DNA from: Callorhinchus milii
Lineage: Eukaryota
DNA length: 64,000 nt
Reading direction: 5' to 3'
Assembly (NCBI RefSeq): GCF_018977255.1
Contig: NW_024704761.1
Coordinates: 3,224,001-3,288,000 of the forward strand
Positions within the stretch are counted from its first letter, which is position 1. Every line of letters begins with the position of its first letter. The notes under the pieces are model-generated. The model saw only the letters and a list, made by a program, of their open reading frames with translations. It had not been told where the DNA came from and ran no database searches. Below are positions 1-13,414 of this stretch, piece after piece. Position numbers and translations under genes: made by a program.

Positions 1-260
1 ATGGAGTTCCAGAAAGTGGGGCCAGAAAGCCTGAAGGGCCGACCTTCAACGGCGGGGCGGGAGTGGCCAGGCCAAGGGGGAGATCGGATCAAGGAGCCTG
101 GTGCGGGAGAGGACACGAGCTGCAGAGGTTTGGATGAGGGAGTTAGAGGAGTCGAGCCCGGATGTGATATCTTGCATACTCTCCCCACCACCACCCGCCC
201 CACCCCCGGACACTCACACCAACAGAGACAACGAGACAGGCTGACCAGCCAACCACCTAC

Positions 261-3200
261 CCCAGCCGATATATAAATAAATATTGAAGAAGCTCTTCTC
301 GGAGAAGACTGCGATGACCAGCAGGTTATGCAGGTAGACGCCCTCCACCAGCAGCCAGTAGTAATTGGCCCCAATGCAGTACTGCATCAGCACCTGCGCA
401 GCCTTACAGCCCCCCGCCGTCTGCTTCAACAAAGGGAAACGGTAAGAGTGCAGCGGCGATCACTCAGCACCACCCCACCCCCACCCATCCCCCGCTCCGC
501 AATGCCCGAGCCCCGGAATATTCCGTCCAGTCTCAGCCCGCGAGACCGCCTTGCCTTACAATGTTTAGAGCGACGCAGTGCGGAAACAGGCCATTCAGCC
601 CAACAAGCGATGCTGGTGGAATCCTTTTCCATGTTCGTCCACCCCCCAATTCCCCCACACACCCTCCCCCCCGGACGCTCACAGTTCTTAAGAAGATTCG
701 GGGCAGGAGCCAGGAAGTATTTCTACTCGAGAGGGGAAATCGAGACGTGGGCAGGGCAGGCAGGGCGGGCGGGGGCCTGAGGCCAGGCCGCTGCGAATGG
801 GAAGACGGAGAGCGGATGATTCTGGAAAGATGAGATCAGACGGAAGTTGCCTTCTGTGCTGGAACCTCCCGTGTGACCTGGGAACGCCATCATGGCTCAG
901 GCTCCAAGATGGCAGTTTGAGATGTCGAGCGCTTTGCCAGAAGGACTTCTGCCGTTTGTTTCAGAACAAGACTGCTGGGCCATTACCTTGTTGTTGAACC
1001 ACATTTTGATGTCCGGGTTGCCCGTGGTGACACTCGTGTAATGCATTTTGAAAAGTGCGTCTCTGATGAGGATGGATACTGCGCGCAGAATGAAGGAGGC
1101 AAATAGGTTCATATGGATATAGTTCCGCATACAGTGGAGCTTCCTGCGGGAGAGAGAGAGAGAGAGAGAGTGAAAAGAGAGACCGAGAGAATCAAAGTTA
1201 AAATGAACAAAACCAAACCATAAAATGCTCTCATAATAGCACAGAGTTGTCTCCTTCCACCATTGGTAGCCGCCCTTTCAGCCTCTATGCCCCGAAACTC
1301 TATCATACTCTACCTCTATACCTCCGCCTTGACCCCTCGTTACTCGTGTTCAGATCACGCCTGTCTTCCTACGTGCTAAGGCGCTAAATCAAATGCAAGG
1401 ATTATTATTATTATAAAGAGGGAACCAAATCTTACCTGAATCCCACCAGGATGCCGAGGGCTAGGATCAGGGTTCCCAGGGACAAGGAGTAGCCCACTGT
1501 GTACATCACTTTGAAACCAGCCAAGATTTTCCCCATTTTTTTCTGTGAAAGAAGCACATTGACTGCTGTTACCACCGCGCTTGGTGAAATGCCTGGTGGG
1601 ATAGCGCGGGAGTTCAGAGGTCTGGTCTCGAAATGGCCGTTCCTCAGATAGGGTTCATCAAAACAATTAATGCAGTCACGAGGGAGAAGGGAACAGCAAC
1701 AACAACAAACATTGCATTTACACAGCACCTTTCGTGTAGGGAGGACGTCCCAAGACGCTGGACTGTCAAAGGTTGCAGGCTGGAGTCAGGGGAGGGAGGG
1801 AGGCAAGGGAGGTGGAGGAGGGAAAATGACCGAAGTTGTAGTCAAAGAGGAAGGCCTTGGGTGGGGGGATTGAGGTTTGTAGGCTGCATCGAGGGGAATT
1901 ACGCCACAGGGTGCTCTCTCTCTCTCTCCTACCTCAAACCGGTCGTCTTTGGCGTTGAACACACATTGGCTGCTCTCCCTCCAGGGCTGCATTTTGGGTC
2001 CCATCTCCCACTGGCCATTGGCTCCACATTTCCTGTACACAGACCCGTTCTCCACTGGAAAACAAGAAAAGCTGATGGGGCTTCAGTGCCCTTCAGTGAC
2101 AGTGCATGGTCTGTCACAACAACTGTGGAATCCCTTAGCCTAGTGGTTAGAGCACTCGCCTCGCAAGCGAGAGGACCTGGGTTCATTTCCCAGGCAGGTC
2201 GGGGTGAAACCTTTCCTTACTCCACATGCCTCTGTTTACCCAGTAGTAAATAGGAACTCGGTTGTTAGTCGATTGGAGGATCGCTTTCCGGGGGTAACAA
2301 TCCCTCAATAAAAATAAATAAAAAATTGGTCATTCAATTCACGAGTGTTTGTGGGACGCTGCTGTGCGTAATTGGCTGCCGCGCTTTGCCCACAAAATAT
2401 ACAGTCAATTCACTTTACAGTATATATTCTGTGAATTGCATTGAGACGTCTCAACGATGTGATAAGGTGCAAGGATTATTATCAGTATTATTATAACAAG
2501 AACAAGTTGCAGTTACCGATGAGGAGCCACGAGTGGCTGTGTGTTGTCAGCCTGATTTACCTGCGTTGTACCAGGGCAGGTACCAAGGACAGGAGACGTT
2601 CACAATTGTATCTGGGAGGCCGTCCGGCCAACAGGCATATTTGTCGAAGGTCCGGTTGCACACGACACCTATATGGGGATGGTGGGGCGAAAGGGCAGAC
2701 ATAGTTTAGTAACAGAGGCAGATCGGGGGGGCCAGCCAATGACCGGTCAATGTCTCGTAGTCATCAAAGGGGACCTTGAATGAGAAGTGGAGAGAAGCCT
2801 CACCTGTGGGCTGAGGGGTCCTGGACATGTTTCTGGAACATTCATCAGAATATTTCTCCCACTTTTCCAGCGTGGCCTGCATCTTCTTAGCTGACGTTTT
2901 CTGAGAGGAACAGAAACAAGGGAAAGGTGGTTCCTCACGTCCCAACATCTCAAAGCACTTCCCGTGCATTTACAGTGCAGTCGAGTGATCGTGCGGGCCG
3001 GGAGCGGCGGTGAAGTGTGAGTGAGAGGGAGAGTGGGAGTTTCACAGGATATATGTAAAGTGTATTTTGCGGGTGAAACGCAGCAGCCAATTGCGCACAG
3101 CAGCGTCCCACAAACAGCCTTACCACTACGCTGCGGCACTCCACAACAGACCAAATCCCGTCCTGTGTCTGTTAGTTAACCTCGTCTGGTTACATTTACG

Positions 3201-4157
3201 CTGGCACGGCGGTAGGTTATTCCCAAGCCCTGAGTTCTATTCTATTTCAGCCGTTTGGGGGGATTTATTGCCCAGGGCCTCGAGGTATGATAACTTGATC
3301 CATCATCAAGGCCTGAGCAGCTCAATGAGAACGGAGGTAGATTGCTCAGCGAATGAGTTGCCAGTGATTAATGGGCTCGGACATCGGTGCGTGAAGAACC
3401 AAGAGCCCAGAGCAATCTTCCCACAGTGTTATTTACAGCTCAAGATGCTTCTCTCTCTGTATGTTAAAAAGAGCCTCAGAGAGAGAGGAAAAGAGAGAGA
3501 GAGAGAGATAGAGAACAGCTTCACTTCGAAAAATAAATCAGCACTGGGTGTGCCAAGTGGTTTACCCTACAAAAAAAATGAATGGGTGACTTGTCTCGAG
3601 CGGAGAGGAAGGTGTTTATTGCACTTGGTTTGATCCAAGTTACTGTTGAGGTTGCCTCAGGAATCTTTCTCCTTTGACCATCACCTGGAGGTCAAGGTAG
3701 AGGGTCCAAATTCCGGCCACTACCAACCAACTCCTACTTAACGTTCGGAGTCATTAGCGCATTCGCCTCGCAAGTGAGAGAACGATTCCCGGGCGGGACG
3801 AAACCTTAAGCAAGTTTCCTTACTCCACACCGCTCTGTTCCTTTGCAGTAAGTAGGAACCCGGTTGTTAGCCAATTGGCAGTTTGCGTTCCGGGGTTAAT
3901 AAACCCCCACCAAAAAAATGAGTCACTCAATCCACGAGAAACATTTTATCCCGTCTAAAAACACAAGCGTATGAGAAGCTGGCGAGAATCCAGTGGAATC
4001 AGTCAGAAAAACCGTGTCCACTCCACACACATTGCCGATGGTGCCTGTGTTGCTGATTACCGTACACCCCCTCCCCCCCTCTCCCCCCCCCCCACCCCTT
4101 TACCTGAAAGTTCATGGACAGAGCGACCAGAAGGAGGAGGAAGCGAGCCTGTGACAT
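261..4157 (-). CDS. GCGR: Glucagon receptor (class B GPCR); 7 N-terminal coding exons, remainder beyond the left edge
   Basis: Exons (minus strand): 4104-4157, 2804-2900, 2561-2668, 1933-2054, 1436-1542, 987-1143, 261-420, all GT-AG and in frame. They encode signal peptide [14 protein letters not shown], hormone-binding motif [16 protein letters not shown]1 [32 protein letters not shown] and [16 protein letters not shown]. Adjacency to SLC25A10 supports GCGR over GIPR/GLP1R. Confidence 0.92.
2127..2495 (+). mobile_element. Full-length tRNA-derived SINE (Ala-like head, Deu-type 3' part, (ATT)n tail)
   Basis: Box A TAGCCTAGTGG, anticodon-like loop CTCGCAA, box B GGTTCATTTCC, body GTTTGTGGGACGCTGCTGTGCGTAATTGGCTGCCGCG and tail GCAAGGATTATTA. 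The same body/tail recurs dozens of times in the window. Confidence 0.85.
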
Positions 4158-7100
4158 GTCTCCCCGCTGCCAGAGCTCATCGACCTGCCCACGATCCGCT
4201 GTGATAATCAACACCTATGGCCGGAGGCGGCGCTGGCTCCTGGAAACACACAGCGATTGTCACCGTCATCGGCAGAGCAGCTCCGCAACCGCGATTTTGC
4301 GTTATTCCTTAACAAGGCCCCCCACCCCCACTGTGTATTCCCGTACTCACATCAAACCACACACCCCCCCCACCCCACCACACACACACAGCCACTCCAT
4401 CCAGCTGTCAACTAACGCTGCTGAGGCCACTCGGAATTGTGATACAGTCCAGTAGCCACATTCCTCCTCACAGAGAGGGCCAGAGGGTTCACACAGATTT
4501 ATTACTGGAAATTCTGCTTTCTCGCTTGCTCTCTCTCGCTCTCTCATTTGCATTCTCTCTCTGTCGCTCTCTGTCTCTCCTCATTTGCGCTCTCTCTCCC
4601 TCTCTCTCTGTCGCTCGCTTTCTCTCATTTGCTCGCTCTCTCGGTCCCTCAGTCAGAGGTCGCAGTAATCTCTCCATCACAGAAGGCACTTCCCAGTGGT
4701 GTCTTAAACTGAGGTCTCGTCTGTGCCCAGTGTCCTGGCCAACAATCCTCCAAATGAAAAATTGTTCACTCGCTCCATTGCTGTGCAAAAAATTGCCTTC
4801 AAAACACACAGTGACTGCATTTCACAGTAAAATCCTATGAAGCGCTTTGAATTGTTTCATCAACTTGATAAGGCGCTGTGTCAAAAGCAGGGACTGTTAT
4901 CATTATTGTTATTCGGGCAACCCTGCTCACGTTGCACAGTGGAGATGCCTTGAAGCTCCAGCGCTAATCGCTGCTAAAGTGTAGTGACTGTGCGTTTTGT
5001 TGGCAAACGCGGCAGCTGGTTTGCGCACAGCAGAAGTTTCCGCAAACGGCCAAGAAGCAAACATACGATTTAAACCGGAGGTTTGCGGCCAGAAGGCACG
5101 ATATGAAATTATCATTTCCTTATGTCAAACAGCTCAGATTTAAACTCACGAGCGCTGGAGAGGCACTCCAGTCCAGTAACCTCCACTCCCCCCTTCCCAT
5201 CACAATATAACAAAAACTACTGATATATTTAAGTGTTGACCCAGTTGCTGTTTGTGATGCGACTGTGCATAACTCAGGCTGTGAATGTGTAACTCCCGAG
5301 CAAACACACACATAGTCTCTCAGAGAAATGTGCAATTATTTCTCTTCCCAGCTGCTCGTGGGATTTTGCCATGATTCGTTCATTGCGCTCGTACTACGGG
5401 GGAGAAAAAAAGGCTCAGGTTTCTACACTCGGATTTGGCACTTGGGGACAGAGGGAGAGATGGAGGGAGAGACGAAGGGAGAGACGAAAGGCGGCCCAGG
5501 CAGGTCCTCGCTGACATGTCAGAACTGAAAGATTTAATCAGGCTCGAAATTCCCCGAAACGTTTGCGAATTAATCCGACGGCTAATCTTTCCCGAGCGAA
5601 ACTTCACTTCTGTCTCAATGAGAGACATTCAAATGGATTTGCATCATTAGCTTCCTGTGTCCCCCACTCCTGCCCCCTCTGCTATATCCGCATAATTATT
5701 TATTTGACATTCCCCTGGTTTATGAATACTGCAATTGACACCCCCATTTTTGGTCAGCGCAAGGCCAGAGACATCACTTCGATCCTCGCTTCTCACCCCT
5801 CTTGAGTGATTTTTGATCTAAATCTAGATTTCCATAATTCAAACCAAATTGAAAAGTTTTCCACAATTCTGAAACTTCCAGACCACAGTGTCCGTGTCTC
5901 ACAGGCCGGGACCAGGTGGAATTTTGGGTTCCCTCCGATTGGCTAGGAACCTCCTTCGTAACAACCATCCAATCCTCCGCGGTTTGTGGGACGCTCTTTG
6001 GCTGCCGCGTTTCGCCCACAAAAATACACAGTCAATCTACTTTACGACAAATTGTGTGAAACGCTATGAGAGGTCTCGTTGACGTGATCAGGCGCCATAT
6101 CAGGCTCCAGGATTATTATTATATTATTACAATAATCCCTGCATTTGATGATCGCATCGTCGAGACTTCCCATGGAGCATAACCTCCCCCCCACCTCTCC
6201 CCCCCCCACTCCTCTGCTCGACATGTCACTGAGCACAACTTCCTGCCCCCACAACCTTTGCCTTTGCTGTTCAACACATGGACCTGCCGTGTCTCTGACC
6301 TCATCAGTCTATCGACCCCCCCCCACACCCAGCCCCCACCGCCTCCCCCCCTCCATTTCCTGTACAGATTTTCTGTAATCGCATTCTCCTAAATCAACTC
6401 ACTATAAATCAGTCTGAATTCCTGGCACATCAAAATCCCACAACAAACAACTACTGTATTTTCTTTGGGGAGGGGGGGCGGGGGGGGGGGGGGGGGGAGA
6501 GAGAAGAGGGAGAGGGATGGAAAACAAACAGAAACCATGGTTAACATAATAATAATAATCCCTGCATTTGATATAGTGCCTTATCACGTCTTTGAGATGT
6601 CTGGGAACAAAGCGAGCCTCCGAGTGTCACAGAACCCAAACTTACTCAATGGCCGCTGACCAAGTTATTTGGTGAAATGATCTGATGGGATGAAATATTT
6701 TTTTGGGGGGTGGTTTAAAACCAGGGAATCCTAACCAGCAACTTAACCAACGGTGGGCGAGAAACAGGAGCTGAGATTCCAAGGGAATCCAAAACTTCCT
6801 CCAAAACAGCCAGAGAGCTTAACAGGTCCTGAACCACTAGAGCAGGCAGGACTTTGGCTTTAACATCTCATCTGAAAGGCAATGCCCTTCTCTTTCCCTT
6901 CCCCCCCCCCACCCCCACACCCCACCCCCGCAGCGCTGCAGTGTCAGCCTGGATTGTGAGCTCAAGTTTTGGCATTGGGGGCTTTACAACCCACAACCTT
7001 CTGACCCACAGGAGAGAGTGGGAGCGACTGAGCCAAAGTAAGAGATTTGGCACAAGCTCTCAGTGTCTCGTCCTTTGTGGAACATCTAATCAACGTCCAA

Positions 7101-7189
7101 CTCCATCTGGCACAAAGCATTGGCTCGAATTGGCACCTCACAACTCCCTGCGCTGCGACCATCAACAACACAACCTCTGTCGCATCCAA

Positions 7190-7570
7190 TAATCATAATA
7201 AGAATCCTTGCATTTGATACAGCGCCTGATCGTCTCGTTGAGACGTCTCAAAGCGCTTCACAGGATATATTGTAAAGTGGAGTGACTGTGTGTTTCGTGT
7301 ACGAAGCACGGCAGCATGATTTCCGCACAGCAGCGTCCCACAAGCAGCCAGGGAGTGAGTGACCCATGTTTATTTGGGGCGGGGGATTGTCAGCCGGGAC
7401 ACAGGGAGACGGAAACTCACGATGATCGTGTCGTCGAGACTTCTCTCTGCCTATAGTTCCACGGGATCTTTAACGTCCACCTGAACAGACAGACTGGACC
7501 TCGTTCAACATCTCATCTGAAGGACGGCATCACCGGCAATGAAACACCCCCTCCCAGCTCGGCATTGGGG
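7190..7570 (-). mobile_element. DeuSINE copy (tail plus Deu domain)
   Basis: Tail at 7190-7350 and Deu-domain complement GGGATCTTTAACGTCCACCTGAACAG..CATCTCATCTGAAGGACGGCA. Confidence 0.7.
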
Positions 7571-8151
7571 TGTCAGCTTAGACTACGTTGTTCCAAGTCC
7601 CGACGTGGGGCTTGGACAAACAACGTTCTACCTTAGACTCGCATCTGTGTCCGTTCCACCCCCCCCCCCCCCCCACCATCAATCACCAACCCCCCCACCA
7701 CCAACCCCCCCACCACCTCTGGGGTGAAATTTACCAGAAAGGTTACATTTTGATCTGGAGCGAAAAAAAACAAATAATTCGGTGCCTTTTCGGTCAGTCA
7801 CTTTGCTTTCTTTGTTCCTTCCGCCTCTCCTCCCCTCACCCCCGCCCCCCGCCCCCCCCCCCCACCCGGCCCCGCTCTCCTCCCCCTCCCCCCGCCTTGT
7901 GTCAAATTAAACAGAGAAAAAGTACAGAGTTGAACACTGGTCGATGAGTCAGTAAAAAAAGACAACAACAGTGTCTCAACAACAGTGTGAGAAAAGGAAC
8001 TGAGAGAGAAAGCTTCTTTTTAAATGATTTTTTTTAACACATGGATGAACCTGCAATGTCAGACCGGAGAGTGGGGGAGTGGGCGGTGGGGGGAGGGGGT
8101 GATAATTTTTAAAAAGGATTTGGACAAATCGAGCGAGACTGAATGGGAATC

Positions 8152-8184
<33 letters not shown>

Positions 8185-9954
8185 GCGGCTCAGGTACCAG
8201 GGAGCTCATGTGCTGGAAATATTGCGGAGGTCACAAAAAAACAGGCTTCGTTTGAGGCAGCTCCCCCCCACCCCCCCTATATATACACACACACACACAC
8301 ACAGACACACACCTTGTTGGAGAAGTGAATGGAAATCTGCTGTTGTTTAAATGCTAATAAAAAACACACCACTTTGTAATTGGGGGTGGGGGAGCGGGTA
8401 AAAAAAAATTAACAATGTCGTGACTCAATCCACGACTCCATCGCCACGTGTGCGCAAATGGCTGCCGCGTTTCGCCCACGAAATATACACAGTCCCTCCA
8501 CTTTACAGTGCGTCCTGTGAAACACTTTTAGAGACGTCCTCTTGATGTGAAAGACTATATGTGAAATGCGAGGATTTTTATTATTAATGATTATTATTAT
8601 TATTAGACACACAAACCAGCACTAAGCCTATGCTATGCCAGTGCTGCACTGGGATAGACGCCAGTGTTACAGACCCGAGGCTTTATTTCACAGCCAGACT
8701 TGTGGAATGTAACGTAATGTCTGGAGCTCACCGTTTAATCTAATATTAAACGTTAAACATTGCCTGCCGCTAAATAATTGAATAATCCCTGCGCTCAATA
8801 TCGTGCCTGTAAGTGCGAAGACATCTCAAACAGGGCGGGCGGGGGAAGGGAAAGGCCGCGAGGTGTAGTGACTGCGTATTTTGTAGGTGAACGCGGCAGG
8901 CAATTAATTAGCAGCTGGCAATGTCCCGCAAACAGCCGTGAGGTGAGAGAGTGTTGATCTGGGAGATTGTTAAATGCAAAAAAATCTCTCTCACAGACAA
9001 ACACGCACACACGCAAACACACACACAGTGATGGAGAGAAATGCAAAGAGTCTTCAGAGCTTGTCCACATAACCGGCAAAATGTGTAAATTTCACCGCAA
9101 TTGACATTGATTCCCTGTGAATCGCTTTGCGAGGTTTCCACATTATATCAGTCGCCAGGATTCTTTTACGATTACAATATTATTATTATTATTACTATTA
9201 TTATCGGCTTCTCCAGATCAACTGCTCTGTGTCCTCCCCTCACCCAAAAAAAACCCACGAAGCAAATCCCTGACTGTCCAGCTCCTCGAGACGTTCTCCC
9301 AACGTGTGGGGCGGGCACTATACAAGTGTAATTTGTTGTTGTTGTTATTGGATTTTGAGTGTGTGTGTGTGTGAGTGTGTGTGTGGTATCTTGATTTGGC
9401 GCCAGTTATGTAAAGTTTTGTATAAAATGGAAATAGTGTAACCATAATAAAAAAAAATAAACTTTAATTCGACAAGGTCCAAAGGCTATTTACAAACAGC
9501 TCCTGATCCTCTGAAAGTGGGGACTTTAGCCCTCAGCTCAGTGCTGTGGGACAGAGACGGCAAAACCCGTTTCATTTCGGACACTGTGTAAACGTGAATG
9601 GCTCCTCGGTTCACGCAAACACGCTCAGCGCTTTAACAGAGGCAGTGCGCGTACTCGCCCGCCCTCTTTCTCTGCCTCTCCCCCACTCTCTCTCGCTCAA
9701 GCACATGCACACGCACACACTAACACCTCCTGCGACTAGTTTTGGTTCCCCCACCGCTACCCCACCCCACCCCCAATCCTGCCCCATCATTCCCCCCCCC
9801 TCCCCCAGACACCTCCCGTGGAAAACCACCCATCTGTCAGGCTCAGCTCCCGGCAAACAGCACAATCAGTGGGACTGAGGCTGATCTTGATAGGGAGTGA
9901 CCCTGAGCCACAGACAGCGAAAGAGTGACAGATAGAGAGGGAAAACTGTGGTGG

Positions 9955-10140
9955 AGGGAGGGAAGCAATGAATGAAGGAATGAAAGAGAGAAGGAGTGAA
10001 GGAGGGAGTGAGCGAGTGAGTGACTGAGTGAGTGAGTGAGTGAATGAAGGAAGGAGAGAATGAATGAAGGAGGGCATGAGTGAATGAAGGTGGGAGGGGG
10101 AGAATGAAAGAATGAAGGAGGGAGCGAGAGAATAAAGGAA
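9955..10140. repeat. Degenerate (GAAT/GAGT/GAAG)n microsatellite
   Basis: Directly visible tetramer repeats. Confidence 0.8.
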
Positions 10141-11734
10141 CGAGGAAGCTGTTGTTGTTGTTGTGCTCCGCGCGTCTGTGACTCATTTTCCCCCAAAAGC
10201 GCTGCTTTGTGGGAAGCCCCGTCTTTCAGCTGAGACGTTAAGCCGAGCCCGTCTGTGCCCTGTTCAGGTGGACGTTAAACATCTCCCGCCACGACTGGAA
10301 AAGATACGGGAGCTTCTCTCTCCCCCCCCCCCCCACCCCACCACCCCCACTCCACTTTCCACAGCTGACACCCCCCCCGCACCCCACCGCTCCTCCCGCT
10401 CCAGATAAAACCACTTGTTCACAGCATCAGGCGGGGTCTTGCTGTGCGCAAATCGGCCGCTGCGTCTTGCCTGCAAGCACACAGTCACTACACCCGGCAG
10501 ACAGCACATTGTGGGGAAGGGGGTCAGAGGCTGTGACTTTTTGTTACGTCCAAAAAATACATCTATAATTTTCAGGCTGAACCACAAGTCACATTCCCCC
10601 CCCCCCCCCCCCGTAGCCCCGAAGGTGAATTATTATATAAATAAAATCCTCACAAGAATAACAACAATCCTTGTGTTTGATACAGTGCCGTTCGGGTCTC
10701 CCGGGCGTCTCAAAGTGCTTCACGGGATTTTACTGCAGGGTGTAGCGACTGGGTGTTTTACGGGTGAATATTTTGGGTTCGGTTTAAGTCGGGTTCGTTA
10801 GGGGACTGGGGGGGGGCACCGCGAGCGATTTTCGCTCTGAGTCTCGCACGCATGCTCGCGCACACGCGCACACGCACACGCAGACACACGCAGACACCGA
10901 GGCGCAAACACACACCCACCACACCAGTCCCCAATACACTGCCCTGCTATGCATATAGATATATATATATATAAATGCAAGTTGTTGTTGTTGTTGTTGT
11001 CGAGGAGGAGGACGTGTTAAGGGATCAAACAGCTGTCAATCCAACTCAGTCACACAGCGAAATATCCCTCTATGAAAACCCACTCACTGTTCGCAAACTC
11101 AAGAGAATGCATTACGAAAAGAAGTATTTTTCTTTCTTTCCACCTCCTCTCCCCCCCCCACCCCTCCCCCCCCCCACCCCTCTCCCCCCCACCCTTCCCC
11201 CCCACCCTCTCCCCCCACCAAACCCCTCTCCCCCCCACCCCCCAGTCCACTCAACCCCCAGAAAAAAAGAGAGAGAGAGACAGGGGCTGCACTGATTAAT
11301 TCAAAATAACATAAAATACCCCCTCCCCCCCCCCCCCCACACACACACCCACACACCCCCCCCCCCCACCCACACACACACACACACACAAGAAAAGCTA
11401 TGTGTCTCTGGGTTTAAAGTTGTTTCGTCTCAATGGTCGAGTTTCACACCCAAAATATTATTATTATTCTCACATTATCGTTATTCTTGTATCATCATTA
11501 CAATAATATTATTATATTATTATTATTATTATTATCAAAACACATAAAAGGGAGACAGACACACGCAGACTCACCTGCACTGGACTGGACACTCCGCTGG
11601 GAGCTCTGGCTCTGACTCCCAGAGGCTGAGAGCATCCCTGACCACTGCTGGACTCGATCCGGATTAAATCCTGGTTTGTGGAGAGGAGAGGAGTGGGGGG
11701 GTGGGGGGGCAACCAGTTTGGTGGGGAAAGAGGA

Positions 11735-11980
11735 GGGGGGCTGGGGCTTGGGGGGGGGGTGGGAGCTGGGGCTTGGGGGGGGGGTGGGAGCTGGGGCTTG
11801 GGGGGGGGGTGGGAGCTAGGGCTTGGGGGGGGGGTGGGAGCTGGGGTGCTGGGGCTGGGGGGGTGCTGGGGGGCTGGGGCTGGGAGGGTGGGGGGCTGGG
11901 GGGCTGGGGCTGGGAGGGTGGGGGCTGGGGGGCTCGGGCTGGGGCTGGGGCTGGGGGGGGGGGCTGGGGGGCTGGTGGGG
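11735..11980. repeat. G-rich GGGGCT/GGGAGCT tandem repeat
   Basis: Repeated GGGGTGGGAGCTGGGGCTTGGGG units directly visible, next to the assembly gap. Confidence 0.85.
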
Positions 11981-12108
11981 GAGAGAGAGGAAGGTGAGGA
12001 GGGATGGGTGGGGGGTGAGGGGGTGAACTGTGCAAAGTGTGAAGGTGGTTTGGAAATTGTGGGGGACAGTCACTGAAGGAGAGGGAGTAAGAAGTTTTTT
12101 TTAAGATA

Positions 12109-12236
12109 NNNNNNNNNNNNNNNNNNNNNNNNNNNNNNNNNNNNNNNNNNNNNNNNNNNNNNNNNNNNNNNNNNNNNNNNNNNNNNNNNNNNNNNNNNNN
12201 NNNNNNNNNNNNNNNNNNNNNNNNNNNNNNNNNNNN
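12109..12236. other. Assembly gap (128 N)
   Basis: Run of n characters. Confidence 0.99.
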
Positions 12237-13414
12237 TCTTCCTCTCTCTGTTGCTGTGTTACAGAGCTGAGAGTGAGAGCACTCACTCTCTCACTCACTC
12301 TCTCACACACACAACGTCTCGTCCCTCTCAATGAACGGAGTCAAACTGACACACAGACAGATACAGTGAGTGAGTGAGTGAGTGAGGGATTGAGCGCATG
12401 CGCTAACTTATCCCCCCCCCCACCAAAAAAAAACTAACACACAATGTCTTGAATTAATATATACAAGTGTATGAAATCCCCCTCTCCCCCACTCCCCCCC
12501 CCACCCCTCACACACACACATACCCCCACCAACACACACATCGCATTGCTCTCTCACCCCCCCCACCCCCACCCCCCCCTCCGAAAGCAACTCGCGGTTC
12601 CCCATTGCTCAGTCTCTACCTCGCCACGTTATTCACATGTCAGGTTAACCCCTTGCCTGACGTAAATCGCTCTCCACCCCCCCCCACCAGCACCCCCCCC
12701 CCCCACCCCACCCCCCTCCCGCTCCCCCACCACCACCAGCACAAACATATTTTGTTTCGCCCACAAAATACATGGTCTGTAAAGTGCAGTGACTGTTTTT
12801 AAAGGCGAACCTGGCGGCCTTTAAAAAGCTTGTCCTGTGTTATAAGATGATAATAATCCTTGCGTTTGACACAGCGCCTGATCGTGTCGTTGAGACGTCT
12901 CCAAAGCGCTTCACAGAATATAGTGTGAAGTGACTTTACCCGGCAAGCCCTAACCTCAGCGTGGAGGGCCAGAGTTAGTTTAAAGACAAGAACAGCACAG
13001 ATCTGCTATCGTCTGTAGATTACCTCCTGAACAGCACCTCACCTGCGTACAGGACAGGTTTACTCCGAGGAACAGGTCTGTGGCAAACAAGGCATTAAAA
13101 CGAGCAAAACAGCCTTAACACTGCAGCTTCGCTAGCGTGAGGAAAGGGGAGTGAACGCAGGGACACGACTGACCACGGAACAGAAGTTTTCGGTTTTAGA
13201 CATCGCTGTGTAAACATAAATCACTGAATAACTATTTTTTTTAAAACACACACACACACACACACGCAGATTGGACTGGGCAACAAGACAGAAAACAAAA
13301 TATTATTGTGTTCAAAGGCAGACGTGCAGATTATCTCTCTCTATCTGCACAAAACATGCTCTGTGTTTTGTAAAGCCAGACTCTAAGGTAGGTATGCAAC
13401 TCCCGTGTAAGTGC

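Noticed and set aside
2135-2205. tRNA-Ala(CGC)-like sequence
   Set aside because: It continues directly into a SINE body and has no proper acceptor stem, so it is a SINE head, not a tRNA gene.
9400-9465. 3'-UTR-like stretch with tandem AATAAA on the + strand (possible antisense transcript)
   Set aside because: No upstream exons or promoter could be identified, and A-rich tracts produce such motifs easily.
11664-12076. Gly/Trp-rich and Pro-rich ORFs
   Set aside because: They are translations of the GGGGCT tandem repeat.
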